A stretch of DNA of 64,000 bases from the human T2T-CHM13v2.0 reference genome, Homo sapiens, in the NCBI RefSeq assembly GCF_009914755.1, contig NC_060936.1; one strand, given 5' to 3'. The notes under the pieces were generated by a model. That model was given only the letters and a program-made list of their open reading frames with translations, made no database searches and was not told the origin of the DNA. Both the position numbers and the translations under genes were made by a program. Each line of letters begins with the position of its first letter. Within the stretch, counting starts at the first letter, position 1. Positions 60,343 to 64,000 of this stretch are shown piece after piece.

Positions 60343-60843
60343 GACACCCTTGTATCTTTCCAGCTGTCTTTGATGGTAGCTTTAAGCTTCATAATTCCAT
60401 CAGGGATACACTACTGGTTTTTTACTTACTCTTTTGCTAAGGCAGAGAAGCTCTAAGAACTTCCACTTGGTTCTTCCTTTCAATGAAGTTCTTACTACAC
60501 ACACAGTCAAATGAGGCTTACAGATACTAGAAATATCATTGCCAGACATACCTTCAAGAATTGAGTGAAGAATCATAGTATTGGTTCAAAGTGAAACTTG
60601 GCATGATGGACTGTGTAATGTATATTTTGCTCAGTTCAAAATTCTATTTAATTTTCTGAATATCCTAAATCCTACTTTGGTGGTAACTAGCTCACCCCTT
60701 TACTTAAGGAACTTCATGCATTTCAACAAAGTCAGGTATGAAAACTGGCTAAGTGTACAACATTCTTTATTATGCTGGTTAGACCTCTCTTTGCTTGAAG
60801 TGGAATTATTTAGGTTTTACATATCAAGGATGACTTTAGTGGT

Positions 60844-61395
60844 TGTAATAGACAGAATAATGAACCCCATAATCCCAATCCTAGGAACTCTGAATATGGT
60901 AGGTTACATGGCAAAGGGGAATAATGTTTATAGATGGAATTAAGTTTAACTTAAATGTAATCATTTAAGTTACATTTGTAAGTTACATGATATAATCAGC
61001 TTAACTTAAAATTGAAAGATCATTCTGGACTTAATCCAGGCATGTCCAATGTAATCGGAAGGGTCCTTACATGTGGAAGTGGTCGGCACAAGAGGAGGTT
61101 AGGGTGATGAGATGTGATGCGATAAAAATTAATCAACCCACTGTTGCTGGCTTTGAAAAGGGAGGAAGAGACTGGGAGCCAAAGAATATAGTTATCCTCC
61201 TGAATCTGGAAAGGGCAAAAAAATTATTATTCCCTTAGAGTCTCCAGAAAGAAATGTAACTTGGGCAATACCTTGATTTAACCCAGTGACACTCATTTTG
61301 AACTTCTGAACTAACAGAGCAATAAGATGGTGAATGTTGTTTTCAGCCAATAAGTTTGTGGTAACTTGTTGTAACAACCATGAAAAACTAATACA
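60844..61395 (+). mobile_element. MLT1D-like solo LTR
   Basis: Runs TGTAATAGACAGAATAATG...GTTTGTGGTAACTTGTT...AAACTAATACA. Perfect 5-bp TSD gtggt at 60839-60843 / 61396-61400. Confidence 0.88.
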
Positions 61396-63797
61396 GTGGT
61401 CTAGCCATCTATTTTATTTCTATGGAACCTGTAATCTATTAGCCATGGCAAATATTCCTTCAGGTCAAACCCTTTTGATTTACCATGCTGGCTACGCTAT
61501 TTTCTCTACTAATTACATCCTCTGTTCTTTTCTTTAGGTACTTCTAGGCCTCTACCATCCAGGGATCCTGCTACCTTCATTAAAATCAGGGAGCCAATTT
61601 CAAATGCAACATCTACTAACATCTCTGAAAACAAAACTCCACTAAAGTGCTTTTTCAAAAATGCTGGTGTTTCCCTCAACAGTGGATTTCTCAAAACCTT
61701 GAAAAGAGAGTGTCTTATAAATCCTCAGGGAACAACATTTGCTGGGGGGAGGGATGGGTCATTCCTTCTCTCTCTAAGTCTTTGCATTTTTTCCTGTGCA
61801 TTTTACCAATAAATTTCTGTCATTCCAACCAGCTTCAGCTAGTAGCAGTTTTGAATCTACGTTTTAGTAAGCCAACTAATTATCATTAAAAGTATATCTG
61901 AGGAAATCTGATTTATGTGATTCTTAATGACCAAAAATGCAAATGAAGACATTTTTCTAATATATACATTGTTAGTACCTCAGTAAACCTCTCTCTTTAG
62001 ATCCTGAAGATAGAAGATGGTTTAAAAATCATCTATTCTACCATAACAATATTTTCTTACTTCAGGTGATACATACATTTTAAACTTATAAGGGCAGATC
62101 ACTATGTAAAATAAGCAAACAATTAGTCTTTTGTTGAAGCAAAACTCTTGAAAAGCTGACGGTATCCACCTTATCACTTTTAAAGCTTAGAATTTTGCTT
62201 TCTTTATTTTCTTACAACCATAAATGGGACAAATACCTAGGATACTATTTTCCACACTGAAGAGAAGATAAAGAATTATATTCTTGTAACTATTATTCCA
62301 TCTTCCTGTAAGGTGTTTATTAACACCTCACGTTAATTACCTTTGCACTTAGACTAATACTCATCATCATCATCTACCTTCTGTTTCTCTTTCAAATTCA
62401 TAATCTAAGTTTTTTCTGGCAATGTACAAATCAGAGGTATAGGTTCCATTCAGCTGTTGAATTCAAATCACATATTTCAAACTATTTTAAACCAGGTGTA
62501 AAATTCTCATCTTTTTCAAAAGATCCTTTTAATCTTACAAGAAAAAAGATATTATTTCAATCTAGAAGAGTTTCAAGATTAATTTCTAGTCTAATCCTCC
62601 TTAAAATATTTATTTCCTCAAACAAATAAAGACAGAGTTTAAAATAAAAATATGATGCTCTTTGGGAAAGCTTAGTGGTGAAAATGTGCTAATGGATTAA
62701 TGGTTGCTCCAGGGGAAGGTGTAATTCACATTCTGAGAGGAGCAGCTGTTCCATGATGAATGGACTGGGGGCTGTGCTTCTGGTATTTGATACTAAACAG
62801 AACATCTGATGGACATCTAGCAAGAGTTGATCACATCATGATTTTGTTTTGTTTTGCTGTTGTTGTTTCTTATTATGCCCTAGAATATGGATAGCTGTAT
62901 TACACTGAAGAGTCTGATCATTATGTCTTTCACATAGCAGTGGTATTTTGGCTGGTATTAATTTTGTTGTCAAAGATACAGCTGTTGTAGGAAATATTTT
63001 GAATTTTTAGTACCATCTGGTGTGCTGAAGGAAGAAGTAGTGCTCTAAGCATTGGCATCAATCCACTTTCTAAGTGGGTAATACTGGTGCTTTGAAAAAG
63101 GGGCTGTCAAAATGGGCAATGAGAGAGTCATTAATCTGAACTATTTTCATCCTTCTATCGTATCACAAATACTGAATACACTAATTCAAACAAACATCCT
63201 TAGTATGTGTGCATGTTAAAAAAAATTTCAGAATAGTTGATTATTTATAAGTAACATTGGCATTATTAATAGTTCATGACCAGAAACGTACCTACCACAG
63301 TGTATAATAAAACTGAAATGAGGAGATATACCAAGCTTGGTCTATAGCTTGTTAAGGAAGGTGATAAATTGGCACTCATCAAAGTTAAATTGGTTTTCTC
63401 TTCCATCACTCTTTATCATTAGATATCTTATTCAGATGTTTACTAAACTCATCTTCTTTTTCCCAGAATAGGTATTTATTAAGTTGGTAGAAATGAAAAA
63501 CATGTAATTACTTATGACATAATGTATTTTGCTTCAAAGCCTTGAGATATTTTTTGCAATGATTGTTTTCAGGACCTGAGAGTTCTCCAAAGGTCAAAAT
63601 ATAGTAGAAGGAAGACAGCCAGCCACTTGTCCAGGACACACATCTATACAGAGTACTAAAATATAATTGGTGTACAATAGCACACAATTACACAATTAAA
63701 TAAATGTAATAAAGAAAATATGTTTATTATAAATCCTTATACAAAAGAGCGTAAGTGATAGGGGGAACCATTTTGATAGGACAGTTGAGGTTTAGGG

Positions 63798-64000
63798 TGA
63801 TGGAATTCAGGATCCCAAAATATGGCATCTTGATACTGGAGAAAACAGCAGACGCGGGATGGTCTCTCTCTCCTTCCCCTCACATTTTCTTTCTGAGGCA
63901 GGTCATGAAACAATTCTCTGACCATCTTCTGAAGTAAATCATAAGACTTTAATGTGAGAGGTGTCCACCCCATATCCCGAGGAAAAGAACTTCCTTATCT
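63798..64000 (+). mobile_element. ERV1 LTR, MER31-like, truncated by the window end
   Basis: 'tgatggaattcaggatcccaaaatatggcatcttg...gagaaaacagcaga...gcaggtcat...gaggaaaagaacttccttatct'. Confidence 0.65.

Overview
This is AT-rich, repeat-dense hominoid (human-like) intergenic or intronic DNA, with no recognisable host protein-coding gene, tRNA, rRNA or CRISPR array. It is dominated by transposable elements: a full-length but mutationally dead L1PA2 (34793-40823), a solo LTR12C (31207-32656) nested in an L1MA fragment, seven Alus (J, Sp, Y), THE1, MLT1D, MER4-group and MER31-like LTRs, and many old L1M, L2, MIR and MER fragments. Manual translation across frameshifts reveals two retro-fossils that the ORF track hides. 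One is a ~0.95 kb decayed Ty3/Gypsy RT + RNase H relic on the minus strand (~29440-30380). The other is a ~7 kb ancient ERVL/MaLR-type provirus (~55479-62400) with collinear gag-pol(RT-RNH-IN)-PPT-3'LTR remnants, interrupted by four younger insertions. Other points of note are a convergent LTR12C / L1 antisense promoter pair with a re-started ORF0, two minus-strand exon-like segments, a G-rich expansion inside an AluY, templated-insertion scars and a weak C/D-snoRNA-like segment. Subfamily calls come from recalled consensus sequences, not a database search, and boundaries of old repeats are approximate. I found no solid evidence for a wholly new functional system; the Gypsy relic is the best candidate for something unannotated.
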